From the IMG/VR virus record IMGVR_UViG_3300020045_003717, positions 1 to 31,212 of that record: 31,212 nt of DNA. One strand, 5' to 3'. The notes beneath the pieces are model-generated. The model did not search any database. It saw nothing but the letters and a program-made list of their open reading frames with translations, and had not been told where the DNA came from. Position 1 is the stretch's first letter. The number at the start of each line of letters is the position of its first letter. Position numbers and translations under genes: made by a program. This document shows, piece after piece, positions 18,875 to 26,964 of this stretch. This DNA comes from a virus. Lineage: Duplodnaviria > Caudoviricetes.

Positions 18875-20155
18875 ATGAAATTAGACTATCAAGATTATAT
18901 CGATGAAGCCTTAGAATTATATTTAAATGACAAAGAAATACAAGGAAATTTAACACAAGTTGCAAAATATTTACATCATACTAACGGACTTGAAACTAAA
19001 ATACAGGAGGATAATTTCCGTAAACAATTATCGGTTTTAATTAATCGTAAAATTGCAGACAAAGAAATTATAGTTGAAAACGTTAAACTTGCAAAATCAA
19101 AACAAAAAGGACAAGACGTTAATAGAATTGAGCGCAAAAGTTTTCGAGAGTATGCAAGGGTTGAAAATGCAATTACAGAATACGCAAAAGAACTTTCAAG
19201 CCAAAATAAACAATACGGTGAATTTCTAAAAACATTAAATATTAATCCGCTTATTGCTAATTTAACAAAGCGTGGTGTTGGCGTTATTCAGATCACAGAT
19301 TTACACGGTAATGAATTAGTAGATTTACCGCATAACAAATATGATTTTAATATACTTTCTAAAAGATTAAAACTCTACATAAATAAATGTATCAAAAAAT
19401 TTAGAGACGAAAACGTTGCTAAAGTTGCTATTTTGTTTACCGGGGATTTATTAAACTCAGATAGACGACTTGACGAAATGTTAAACCAGGCGACCAATCG
19501 AAGCAAAGCAAGTTTATTAATGCAACATTTATTAACTCAGGCAATTTTAGAAGTTAGAAACGCAGGATTTGATGTTACAATAGTTTCTGTTTTAGGAAAT
19601 GAAAGCCGAGTTGGCAAAGAAATGACATTTTCAAATGAGGGTTTGTCAGATAATTACGACTTTAATATAATTGCAAGCATTAAACAAAAATTTGAGTTTG
19701 CTGATATTATGGGTATTAATTGGGGAACTATTGATAAGGTGGAAGAAGTTGTTGAAATTGACGGTTTAAATTGGCTTATATCGCACGACTTAAGTAAATT
19801 CACAGATAACCAACAAAAGAATCAAAGCGCGATAGGCCGTTATTCTTTGCAGGGAATGAAAATTGATTTTATGATAGCTGGCCATATTCATGCGACTAAC
19901 GTAATGGGTAACTCAGCAAGATCAAGTTCAATGACTGGGTCAAACTCTTATAATGAAATTGCTTTAAACTTAGCAGGCAAAGCACAACATAATTGCTACA
20001 TAGCACAAGATGGACGGATTGAAACAACTGTAATTGATTTACAGAATGTTGACGGAATCGAGGGATATAATATGATTAAGGAACTTGAGGCTTATAATAC
20101 TAAAAGCGTTGAGAAAATTTATAGAGGTGAAACTATCTTTAAAGTAGTGATTTAA
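18875..20155 (+). CDS. Calcineurin-like metallophosphoesterase with N-terminal helical/HTH-like extension
   Basis: Motifs TDLH, TGDLL, LGNE, SHD and GHIH in canonical order. Confidence 0.85.
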   Translation: MKLDYQDYIDEALELYLNDKEIQGNLTQVAKYLHHTNGLETKIQEDNFRKQLSVLINRKIADKEIIVENVKLAKSKQKGQDVNRIERKSFREYARVENAITEYAKELSSQNKQYGEFLKTLNINPLIANLTKRGVGVIQITDLHGNELVDLPHNKYDFNILSKRLKLYINKCIKKFRDENVAKVAILFTGDLLNSDRRLDEMLNQATNRSKASLLMQHLLTQAILEVRNAGFDVTIVSVLGNESRVGKEMTFSNEGLSDNYDFNIIASIKQKFEFADIMGINWGTIDKVEEVVEIDGLNWLISHDLSKFTDNQQKNQSAIGRYSLQGMKIDFMIAGHIHATNVMGNSARSSSMTGSNSYNEIALNLAGKAQHNCYIAQDGRIETTVIDLQNVDGIEGYNMIKELEAYNTKSVEKIYRGETIFKVVI

Positions 20156-20172
20156 CCTTTTTTTGTCCGCTT

Positions 20173-20390
20173 ACTTTCCCCTATCTTTTCCCCCGTAATA
20201 AAAAAACCGCTGATTTACAGCGGTTTACAACGTTAAAAGCGGAGAGACAGGGACTTTTTCTAATGTAACACGCATAACGATTATCTGTACTTTTATGAGT
20301 ATTTACAAGGGTTTGTGACTTTCTATGTTACACAAACATACATTAAAAACGCATTTAAATACTATTTTACTTTCCCCTTAACTTTCCCCT
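20173..20390. other. attP: core plus integrase arm-type repeats
   Basis: Core GCGGAGAGACAGGGA (20239-20253) is the reverse complement of a tRNA-Ser-type 3' end TCCCTGTCTCTCCGC. ACTTTCCCCT occurs at 20173, 20369 and 20381 with variant CTTTTCCCCC at 20185, forming two pairs each spaced 12 bp. Directly upstream of the integrase. Confidence 0.85.
20200..20226 (-). terminator. Intrinsic terminator downstream of the tRNA 3' fragment
   Basis: AAACCGCTG-ATTTA-CAGCGGTTT with an A-tract on the left, giving a U-tract on the minus strand. Confidence 0.8.
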
Positions 20391-20393
20391 CAC

Positions 20394-20401
20394 TATATTT
20401 G
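20394..20401 (+). promoter_or_regulatory. -7 promoter element for the integrase
   Basis: TATATTTG ending 17 nt before ATG 20419; abuts the arm repeats. Confidence 0.65.
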
Positions 20402-20418
20402 TGGTAAAAATTATCATT

Positions 20419-21654
20419 ATGTATTTTTATCTCAAAGAACCTAATTATTTGGTGCGCAAATCTACAATTATTTATTTAATATTTTATTGCAAAAATGACA
20501 AAAAAAACTTTAAATATTCGACAGGGCAAAAAATCGAGGTCGAGGATTGGGATTTTCCAAATAGGATGCCGATAACTAAACGTGGCTCAGGTGGTATTAT
20601 TTTAAGGCATATAAGCAACGTTTTAAACTCTTACGCTAAATTACTCGAAGATACAATAAAAGAGCGCGAGACGGTCAATAAACCGCTTACTCAGCAATAT
20701 TTAAAAGATACATTTGATAAAGTTTACAAACATAAAAAAGTAACAGAAATCACTAACAATGTAGTTATAGGCTTGCAAGATTTTATCGATGCGAAAAACT
20801 TAAGCGAAAACCAAAGCGATAATTGGAACGAAAAATATAAAAACCTTAAAGCAAAATTAGAATTTTTTGAATTGCACAAAGGTTTTAAAATTACATTCAA
20901 TGATTTTAATGCAGACCTACTCAACGAATATTGCGGATTTTTAAGAACGATAAAGAATGATAGGTTTTCACCGCATAATGACAACACTTTGCACCGTAAC
21001 GTTAATTTTTTGATAACCTTCTTTATTTGGGCTAAAGGCAAATACCATAATAACGAACCTTTAAAGAATCCCGTAAAAAAATACCAGCCGGATGATGTTC
21101 ATTTGACAAGTTTAGAAGTTGAAAAACTTGAAAACATAATTTTAGAAACTCGACATTTACAGAAAGTTCGCGATATATTTTTAATAGGCGTTTATTCTGG
21201 GCAAAGATTCAGCGATTATTCAGTATTTGAAAAGTCAGATTTACAAGGAAATATGATAATTAAACGTGCTGAGAAAACAGAATACGAAAGTTTTATACCA
21301 TTGCACCCTAAATTAAAAGCGTTACTTGATAAATATGATTGGAAAATACCAACAATAAGCAGCCAAAAGTTTAACGTAGCTATTCAGGATATATGTCTTA
21401 AATGCGAAATGACAGAAAGCATAAAAGAGACGATATACGCCGGCAATAAAAAAGAAGTTAAGTATAGTCCAAAATATAAAATGGTTGCGTCACATACAGC
21501 GCGAAGGACTTTTATAACGTTATCAAGCGAAAAGGGGCTGCCCGATCACATTATTATGAAAGTTACTGGTATTAGAGACCCGAAAACTTTGCAGAAATAT
21601 AAAAAGACATCAAACCAAAGTGTGACGGATGCCGTTAGTAAAATTTGGGGTTAA
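20419..21654 (+). CDS. int: Tyrosine integrase (arm-binding, SAM-like and catalytic domains)
   Basis: FKYSTG arm-binding motif, SGQRFSD (R), SHTARRTF (HxxR), LQKY (Y). ATG 20419 chosen because GTG 20401 overlaps the -7 box. Confidence 0.95.
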   Translation: MYFYLKEPNYLVRKSTIIYLIFYCKNDKKNFKYSTGQKIEVEDWDFPNRMPITKRGSGGIILRHISNVLNSYAKLLEDTIKERETVNKPLTQQYLKDTFDKVYKHKKVTEITNNVVIGLQDFIDAKNLSENQSDNWNEKYKNLKAKLEFFELHKGFKITFNDFNADLLNEYCGFLRTIKNDRFSPHNDNTLHRNVNFLITFFIWAKGKYHNNEPLKNPVKKYQPDDVHLTSLEVEKLENIILETRHLQKVRDIFLIGVYSGQRFSDYSVFEKSDLQGNMIIKRAEKTEYESFIPLHPKLKALLDKYDWKIPTISSQKFNVAIQDICLKCEMTESIKETIYAGNKKEVKYSPKYKMVASHTARRTFITLSSEKGLPDHIIMKVTGIRDPKTLQKYKKTSNQSVTDAVSKIWG

Positions 21655-21788
21655 TTGCACGTTTATAGCTTAATTCAAACGTTTGCGCCGTAAATGGTAA
21701 CGCTTACAAAGTTGTATATAATTTATTAATTATTAGGCAAATGTTTTTTATATTTGAGCTTCAAAAAAGTTACAAACCCCTATAATAA

Positions 21789-21902
21789 ATGATGAAAAAT
21801 TTACGAATATTGTCAAAAAAAGACATTGAAATTGAAAAAGAATTTAATAGATTAAAAATTATTACAAATCAACTACTTCTTAAAAAATCCAAATCATCCT
21901 GA
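21789..21902 (+). CDS. 37-aa basic peptide overlapping the repressor 3' end in antisense
   Basis: MMKNLRILSKKDIEIEKEFNRLKIITNQLLLKKSKSS; preceded by TATATTTG (21749-21756) and an A-rich start context. Confidence 0.35.
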   Translation: MMKNLRILSKKDIEIEKEFNRLKIITNQLLLKKSKSS

Positions 21903-22237
21903 ATTTCATATTTATATTTGATTGTTTTTTTAATTAAAAATATCGAGTTAGGGTCTTTTTGAGACTCTAACTCTTTAATTCTATCAAGCACTTTAGCGAG
22001 TAAAACCTCTAATTCTGCAATTTGATTTTCATTATTGCTATTTTCTGCGCTTATATTATACGCATTAGATGCGTTTTTTAACAAATTCTTAACAAAAAAA
22101 GCGGTTGTTTCTGGTATTTGTCTTTCGTTTTTTTCCCAATATTGTAACGTCCGGAGCTTAATACCGACTTTTTCCGCCAGTTCCGTTTGATTTAACCCTA
22201 AAGTTTTTCTAATTTCTTTTAATTCTTCACCGCTCAT
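21869..22237 (-). CDS. XRE-family HTH repressor (CI-like, no peptidase S24 domain)
   Basis: LKEIRKTLGLNQTELAEKVGIKLRTLQYWEKNERQIP; short coiled-coil C-terminus; divergent from the early operon. Confidence 0.88.
   Translation of the reverse strand: MSGEELKEIRKTLGLNQTELAEKVGIKLRTLQYWEKNERQIPETTAFFVKNLLKNASNAYNISAENSNNENQIAELEVLLAKVLDRIKELESQKDPNSIFLIKKTIKYKYEIQDDLDFLRSS
22060..22074. promoter_or_regulatory. Putative distal operator inside the repressor gene
   Basis: ACGCAT-TAG-ATGCGT is a perfect inverted repeat with the same format as the intergenic operators. Confidence 0.5.
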
Positions 22238-22270
22238 TTTCAACTACTTATGTTTTATTTTAAAAATATT

Positions 22271-22315
22271 ATGCATTTTATGCTTAATTATTTTGTTTAT
22301 ATGCATTAAATGCAT
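22271..22315. promoter_or_regulatory. Two putative repressor operators
   Basis: ATGCAT-TTT-ATGCTT (22271-22285) and ATGCAT-TAA-ATGCAT (22301-22315), 30 bp apart; the second lies in the spacer of the lytic promoter. Confidence 0.7.
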
Positions 22316-22322
22316 ACATTTG
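22292..22322 (+). promoter_or_regulatory. Early lytic promoter (pR-like)
   Basis: TTTG (22292-22295)-N19-TACATTTG (22315-22322). Confidence 0.8.
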
Positions 22323-22342
22323 TATATGTCTAATGTACAAAA

Positions 22343-22373
22343 CAAATCTAATATAAAAAATGATTACAGCAAA
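22343..22373 (-). promoter_or_regulatory. Repressor (lysogenic) promoter, face-to-face with pR
   Basis: Minus strand TTTG (22373-22370)-N19-TAGATTTG (22350-22343). Confidence 0.7.
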
Positions 22374-22668
22374 AAAAATTTCAGCAGAGTTAAAATTGGA
22401 AGTTTTAACAGCTATCGGAAAACAAAATTTTGAGTTTGAACAAAACTTTGAAGGTGACATATTATCGTCATCAAATGATAAAAGAGAAATTGAAAGTGAA
22501 AATCTTACTATCACTATTGAATTGTGCGAAAATGTAAGATGGTCTTCATTCAGAGATTACGAATTTGAAGAACTACAATTAACTGATCTAATTATTACAG
22601 ACGAAAACGGTGACGAATATCAAGACGAATTTACAGACGAAGAAATCTTAAACGCTATAAATTATTAA
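22360..22668 (+). CDS. Highly acidic 102-aa early protein
   Basis: 26 D/E versus 8 K/R by manual count; first gene after pR. Confidence 0.75.
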   Translation: MITAKKISAELKLEVLTAIGKQNFEFEQNFEGDILSSSNDKREIESENLTITIELCENVRWSSFRDYEFEELQLTDLIITDENGDEYQDEFTDEEILNAINY

Positions 22669-22670
22669 TT

Positions 22671-22853
22671 ATGAAAAAACTAACCAAAATAACCATAGGC
22701 GGAAAAGAACCCGCCTTATGCTCAGAAGGCAGAATTGAGGTTAAAGTATTGGATTATGACACTTATTTTGATTTACCCCTTTTAGATACAGCCGTTAAAG
22801 CAGAAACATTAAGAAGATTAAAAGCAATGTTTAAACCCCAAAACAGAAATTAA
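22671..22853 (+). CDS. Hypothetical protein
   Basis: 60 aa, tightly packed in the early operon. Confidence 0.65.
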   Translation: MKKLTKITIGGKEPALCSEGRIEVKVLDYDTYFDLPLLDTAVKAETLRRLKAMFKPQNRN

Positions 22854-23099
22854 ATGACTGGAGAATTAGAAGAGTTAAGAGCAGAATTAGTAAAAATTAG
22901 TAACGATGCCCCAAAGAATAGCCATAACGAAGTGGCTGACAATTTAGAAATATCACTTAATAGTTTGGCAAAAATTAGAGCCGGCGAAAGATTAACGGTT
23001 GATAACAGCGAAAACCGAGAAAAGATAAAGGACATAATATCTGAATACTTAGGAATTATCAGATGCGAACTACAAAAACTATCAGAATATGACACCTAG
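22854..23099 (+). CDS. Cro-like HTH protein
   Basis: SHNEVADNLEISLNSLAKIRAG fits an HTH pattern. Confidence 0.55.
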   Translation: MTGELEELRAELVKISNDAPKNSHNEVADNLEISLNSLAKIRAGERLTVDNSENREKIKDIISEYLGIIRCELQKLSEYDT

Positions 23100-23157
23100 C
23101 TAACTAATAGAATCTCAAATTAAAGCACTAACGATTTACGATGCAAATAATACTTGC

Positions 23158-23301
23158 ATGACAATTACCGAGTGCGCGAAGTTTTTAAATGTTCAGCGTA
23201 GAACCGTAGGAAGAATGATTGAGCGCAAAGAAATTAAAGCAAAGTATTTAAGCAATATGACTTTAATCCCAAAAATTCAATTTTTAGAAATATTAATATG
23301 A
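23158..23301 (+). CDS. Excisionase-like HTH_17 (MerR-like) protein
   Basis: MTITECAKFLNVQRRTVGRMIERKEIKA...LIPK; not in the ORF track. An upstream in-frame ATG at 23089 is cut by TAA at 23101-23103. Confidence 0.7.
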   Translation: MTITECAKFLNVQRRTVGRMIERKEIKAKYLSNMTLIPKIQFLEILI

Positions 23302-23402
23302 AAGAAGAAAAAACAATTATTCAGAAAATTGAAAAAGCCTGTTACTATATAATGGCCGGATTAATTTTCTTAATGATAATAGGAAGTGTAAATATTAAAT
23401 AA
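23298..23402 (+). CDS. 34-aa single-TM peptide
   Basis: MKEEKTIIQKIEKACYYIMAGLIFLMIIGSVNIK; ATGA-coupled to the Xis-like gene. Confidence 0.55.
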   Translation: MKEEKTIIQKIEKACYYIMAGLIFLMIIGSVNIK

Positions 23403-23420
23403 CAATTAAATAAAAAAAAG

Positions 23421-24014
23421 ATGAAAAATTTAGCATTAGCATTAGTAAAGGCTCAAAGCGAAATGAGCAACCCAACAAAAGGAAACACAAATCCTTTTTT
23501 CAAATCTAAATACGCCGATTTAAACGCGGTTCGTGAGGCGGTTATCCCGGTATTAAACGCAAACGGTATTAGTGTGTTACAACCTATAAAACACATTGAT
23601 GGTAAAAACTTTGTTGTAACGATTCTTTTACACGAAAGCGGTGAAATGATGGAAAGTTTTACAGAGATCGTTTATAACAAACAGAATGACGCTCAGGCGC
23701 AAGGTAGTGGAATTACTTACGCGCGCCGTTATGGTTTACAATCTTTTGTATGCGTTGGAGCTGATGACGATGACGGAAACAAAGCGAGCGTGAAGCCGGT
23801 AGAATCACCAAAAGCACAAAACGAAGCAATCACTAAAAATGTAGCGGCTATTCCTTCTCAAGTTTTAAACGAGATCACTAAGAAAATTGCTCAATCCACT
23901 ACACAAAAAGATTTAGCGGATTTATACAAAACTGAAATATCTAATATTAATCAGTTTCCAAGTTTAAAAGGAATGTTCACAAACAAAAAAATCTCATTAA
24001 ATGGAAACACTTAG
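23421..24014 (+). CDS. erf: ERF-family single-strand annealing protein
   Basis: NPFFKSKYADL and QAQGSGITYARRYGL...GADDDDGN signature. Confidence 0.93.
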   Translation: MKNLALALVKAQSEMSNPTKGNTNPFFKSKYADLNAVREAVIPVLNANGISVLQPIKHIDGKNFVVTILLHESGEMMESFTEIVYNKQNDAQAQGSGITYARRYGLQSFVCVGADDDDGNKASVKPVESPKAQNEAITKNVAAIPSQVLNEITKKIAQSTTQKDLADLYKTEISNINQFPSLKGMFTNKKISLNGNT

Positions 24015-24759
24015 TATTAATAAAACCGGAGGGATTGGCGCAAGCGAAGTTGGTAAACTTTTTACAAAGGAAGGTTTAAAAGGAAAAACAGCGCAAACAT
24101 TAGCTTATGAAAAAGCCTCAGAAATTATAAACGGTTACAAAAAAAGTTTTACAACTATCGCAATGCAACACGGTATTTTTAGCGAAGAAGAAGCTTTTAT
24201 AAATGTTGTGTTACCATTTTATCCTAATGCAAGTTATCAAAGTTCAGATTCAATTTTAATAAAAGAAGGTATTTGGGTTACTCCTGATGTAGTTGATGAT
24301 TACGAGGGTATTACAATAGATATTAAATGTCCTTATTCACCATTTACTTATTGGAATAATGTAAAAAAAATGCCGGACACTTATTTAAGTCAAAACCAAA
24401 TGCAAATGATAGGAACTGGCCACAAAAAAGGCGCAATCTGTTTGTATTTAACAAGTACAAATATTGACGAATGGGGAAATAAAATTGAGTTTGATATACC
24501 GTTATCTGAAAGACATTTATTTATTCCTATTGAAGCGCAACCGGAATATCAAAAAGAGATTATAGAACGCATAGACGCATTTTTTCCGATAAGGGATATA
24601 ATATACTCCCACTTAATAAAAGCGCGTGAGGTTTCAGATTATGAGTTTTTTCAACTATGCGGAACTAAGAAAATTACACGCTTTAAAGACAAATCTAATT
24701 TATTGACGTGGGAAAATAAAATAATCAAAAACGGTAATGAATTTTACACGGTAGAATAA
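24001..24759 (+). CDS. YqaJ/lambda-exonuclease-like nuclease
   Basis: IGASEV, AMQHG..SE, TPD, DIKCP and QNQMQM motifs; adjacent to ERF. Confidence 0.88.
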   Translation: METLSINKTGGIGASEVGKLFTKEGLKGKTAQTLAYEKASEIINGYKKSFTTIAMQHGIFSEEEAFINVVLPFYPNASYQSSDSILIKEGIWVTPDVVDDYEGITIDIKCPYSPFTYWNNVKKMPDTYLSQNQMQMIGTGHKKGAICLYLTSTNIDEWGNKIEFDIPLSERHLFIPIEAQPEYQKEIIERIDAFFPIRDIIYSHLIKAREVSDYEFFQLCGTKKITRFKDKSNLLTWENKIIKNGNEFYTVE

Positions 24760-24820
24760 AATTAAGTGTGCCGCGTTTCCACTCGATCAAAAAACGCAAA
24801 ACAACAATCGTTGGAATGAG

Positions 24821-24849
24821 AAAAAAGGGAGTTTAACCCTCCCTTTTTT
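24821..24849. terminator. Bidirectional intrinsic terminator
   Basis: AAAAAAGGGAG-TTTAACC-CTCCCTTTTTT. Confidence 0.85.
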
Positions 24850-24872
24850 AACAAAATTAAAAATATAAAATA

Positions 24873-25061
24873 ATGGAAACACCAGTATTAAACGCTCAAA
24901 AACAAATAGAAGCATTTTTCTATATCTCAGATTTATTGTCAGAAATGACAGATGAGGCTTTAAGAAACGATGATATTGAATTATCGGAAAAAATCAAAAA
25001 AGAAAACAAAAAAGTTTTAAGTAAAATAAGTGTATTAATGAATAACAAAAACCAAAATTAA
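24873..25061 (+). CDS. Hypothetical protein
   Basis: 62 aa, A-rich start context. Confidence 0.65.
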   Translation: METPVLNAQKQIEAFFYISDLLSEMTDEALRNDDIELSEKIKKENKKVLSKISVLMNNKNQN

Positions 25062-25063
25062 AA

Positions 25064-25249
25064 ATGGAATCAAAAAATTTGTATCAAATCGATTTAGAGA
25101 TTGAAAATTTGATTTATGTCTTTGCGGAAACTCCTGCCGAAGCCTTAGAAATCGTATTTCAAAATCCAACATTAAAACACACCGACTACGAAAGTGTAAC
25201 GGTTGTACTTATTTGTCAATCAAATGAAATTGTAAACTATAAAAATTAA
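25064..25249 (+). CDS. Hypothetical protein
   Basis: 61 aa, operon-packed; YVFAETPAEAL motif. Confidence 0.65.
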   Translation: MESKNLYQIDLEIENLIYVFAETPAEALEIVFQNPTLKHTDYESVTVVLICQSNEIVNYKN

Positions 25250-25253
25250 GAAA

Positions 25254-25547
25254 ATGGAAGTAATAGGAAAAATTAAAAAAATTGAAGAAACTAAAACTTT
25301 TGGCGCAAGCGGTTTTAGAAAAAGAGAAGCCGTAATTGAAACAAATGACCAGTATCCTCAGCCTTTATTGGTTGAATTTGCACAAGACAAATGCGATTTG
25401 TTAGATAGTTACATTGTAGGTCAAGACGTTAAAGTTTCAATTAATTTACGAGGGAAAGAATGGATTAATCCAGAAGGTGAAGCAAAGTATTTTAATACGA
25501 TTCAAGGTTGGAGAGTAGAATTGTTTGACAACGATAATCAATTCTAA
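25254..25547 (+). CDS. DUF3127 family OB-fold (SSB-like) protein
   Basis: MEVIGKIK...GFRKRE...QYPQ...EFAQDKCDLLD...INLRGKEW...YFNTIQGWR. Confidence 0.9.
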   Translation: MEVIGKIKKIEETKTFGASGFRKREAVIETNDQYPQPLLVEFAQDKCDLLDSYIVGQDVKVSINLRGKEWINPEGEAKYFNTIQGWRVELFDNDNQF

Positions 25548-25550
25548 ATT

Positions 25551-26231
25551 ATGATAGAGCCAAAGACAAAGAGGTGCAAAGGTATCAACAAAGCACACGG
25601 ATTTAACGGATGTGGGAAACTGACATTGTTCAGAAAAAACGGCCTTTGCCCTTCTTGCTTGGCGGATTGGGTAGATACAACGGAAAACGGCAAAACGTTC
25701 TTAAAATCAATTCAAATCAAAGGAATGAAGCGAATTGAAGCCAACGATAAAAAAGCAAAAACAGCCGAAAAAACAGCCGTAGTTAAAAAGTCAAAATATG
25801 AAGCCGACCTGCAAACAGAAATTAATAAAATTGCCCGGTTAATAGATCACGATAAAGGTTGCGTTTCCTGCAATCACGGTCACGAAAACAAATGGACACG
25901 ACAAGCGCACGGCGGACACCGATTAAGCGTAGGAAGCAATAGAACGCTCAGATTCAATTTAGATAATATTCACAAGCAATGTGTCATCTGTAATAAAAAT
26001 TTAGGCGGAAACCCGCTTGAATATTACAAAGGACTTACCGCAAGATACGGAAATATTTATGCTGAATACGTTGAATCACTACCGAGTATTTACAAAAAAT
26101 TAGATTCAACTATTGACGATGTAATTGACTGGATTAAAACCGCCCGATTCATTGTTAGAGAAATTGAAAAAGGCAAAGATTTTACACGAAAAGAAGTTAA
26201 TCAAATGTTAGGAATTTATAAACAAAATTAA
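25551..26231 (+). CDS. ninG: NinG/Rap-like recombination endonuclease (HNH/Zn)
   Basis: CVSC...HGGHRLSVGSN..LRFNLDNIHKQCVICN...GN..EY. Confidence 0.85.
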   Translation: MIEPKTKRCKGINKAHGFNGCGKLTLFRKNGLCPSCLADWVDTTENGKTFLKSIQIKGMKRIEANDKKAKTAEKTAVVKKSKYEADLQTEINKIARLIDHDKGCVSCNHGHENKWTRQAHGGHRLSVGSNRTLRFNLDNIHKQCVICNKNLGGNPLEYYKGLTARYGNIYAEYVESLPSIYKKLDSTIDDVIDWIKTARFIVREIEKGKDFTRKEVNQMLGIYKQN

Positions 26232-26256
26232 TCAATAAAACAAAAATAAAACAACT

Positions 26257-26691
26257 ATGAACAATTTAGCTATTCAAAACAGAAACGAATGTTTTTTCAA
26301 CAATGCGGAAACGCTTGGAGCAAGAAAAAAAACGGTCTACAAAATTATCGAAAGTTACGGCAAATTAACCGCTCAGGAAATTAAAGAAAAAATGGTTTTA
26401 GGAGTGAATCAAATCAGTGGACGACTGACTGAATTATCAGATTTATACCTAATCAAAGAATCCGGTTCAAAATTTAACGAAAAATCAGAAAGACCTAACA
26501 CACTTTGGGCGATCACAACTCTAGACGAGAGAATTGATATGGTTAACTCAGCGTTCGTTGAATTAAGAAATGAACGCGATATACTAATAAATGATTTAAA
26601 CCTCTTAAACCTATCTCAAATCACGCGAGAGCACACATTGAAACGCGTAAAAGCTATTGATAAACAAATTTTTAACCTTGAAAACATATAA
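26257..26691 (+). CDS. Winged-HTH protein
   Basis: LTAQEIKE...NQISGRLTELSDLYLIKESG. Confidence 0.65.
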   Translation: MNNLAIQNRNECFFNNAETLGARKKTVYKIIESYGKLTAQEIKEKMVLGVNQISGRLTELSDLYLIKESGSKFNEKSERPNTLWAITTLDERIDMVNSAFVELRNERDILINDLNLLNLSQITREHTLKRVKAIDKQIFNLENI

Positions 26692-26700
26692 GACCCCGAT

Positions 26701-26964
26701 ATGACAAACGCAATAGGTACAATTACTCAAATATATCAACCCATAACGACCCCAAAAGGAACTCCAATACAAGAGATAAGCCTTCTCAAAAACGACCAAA
26801 CAACTATTTATCTGCAAGCACACCGACACTTGGATATTTTAAACGATATAGAAGTGAACGATGAAGTACTTGTTTCCTATGAAACTTTCGGTAAAGAGAT
26901 AAAAAAAGAAGCGTCTATAATTCACTTCAATACGTTGGTAATTAAAAAAATCAACAAGTTATGA
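26701..26964 (+). CDS. Small OB-fold protein (DUF3127-like)
   Basis: GTITQIY...LNDIEVNDEVLVSY...HFNTL parallels the DUF3127 pattern. Confidence 0.5.
   Translation: MTNAIGTITQIYQPITTPKGTPIQEISLLKNDQTTIYLQAHRHLDILNDIEVNDEVLVSYETFGKEIKKEASIIHFNTLVIKKINKL

Noticed and set aside
20239-20253. Possible tRNA gene
   Set aside because: Only the 3' acceptor/T-stem strand is present; the TTCGAA loop and the rest of the cloverleaf are absent, so it is an att core.
20264-20354. ACGCAT half-sites and a TGTAACA/TGTTACA inverted pair in attP as repressor or Xis sites
   Set aside because: Only half-sites or 7-mers; too short to support a call.
20419-21654. Integrase as the IntI for the cassette-like array
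   Set aside because: It has an arm-binding N-terminus, an adjacent attP with arm repeats and no recognisable IntI-specific insertion; it is best read as the ordinary phage integrase.
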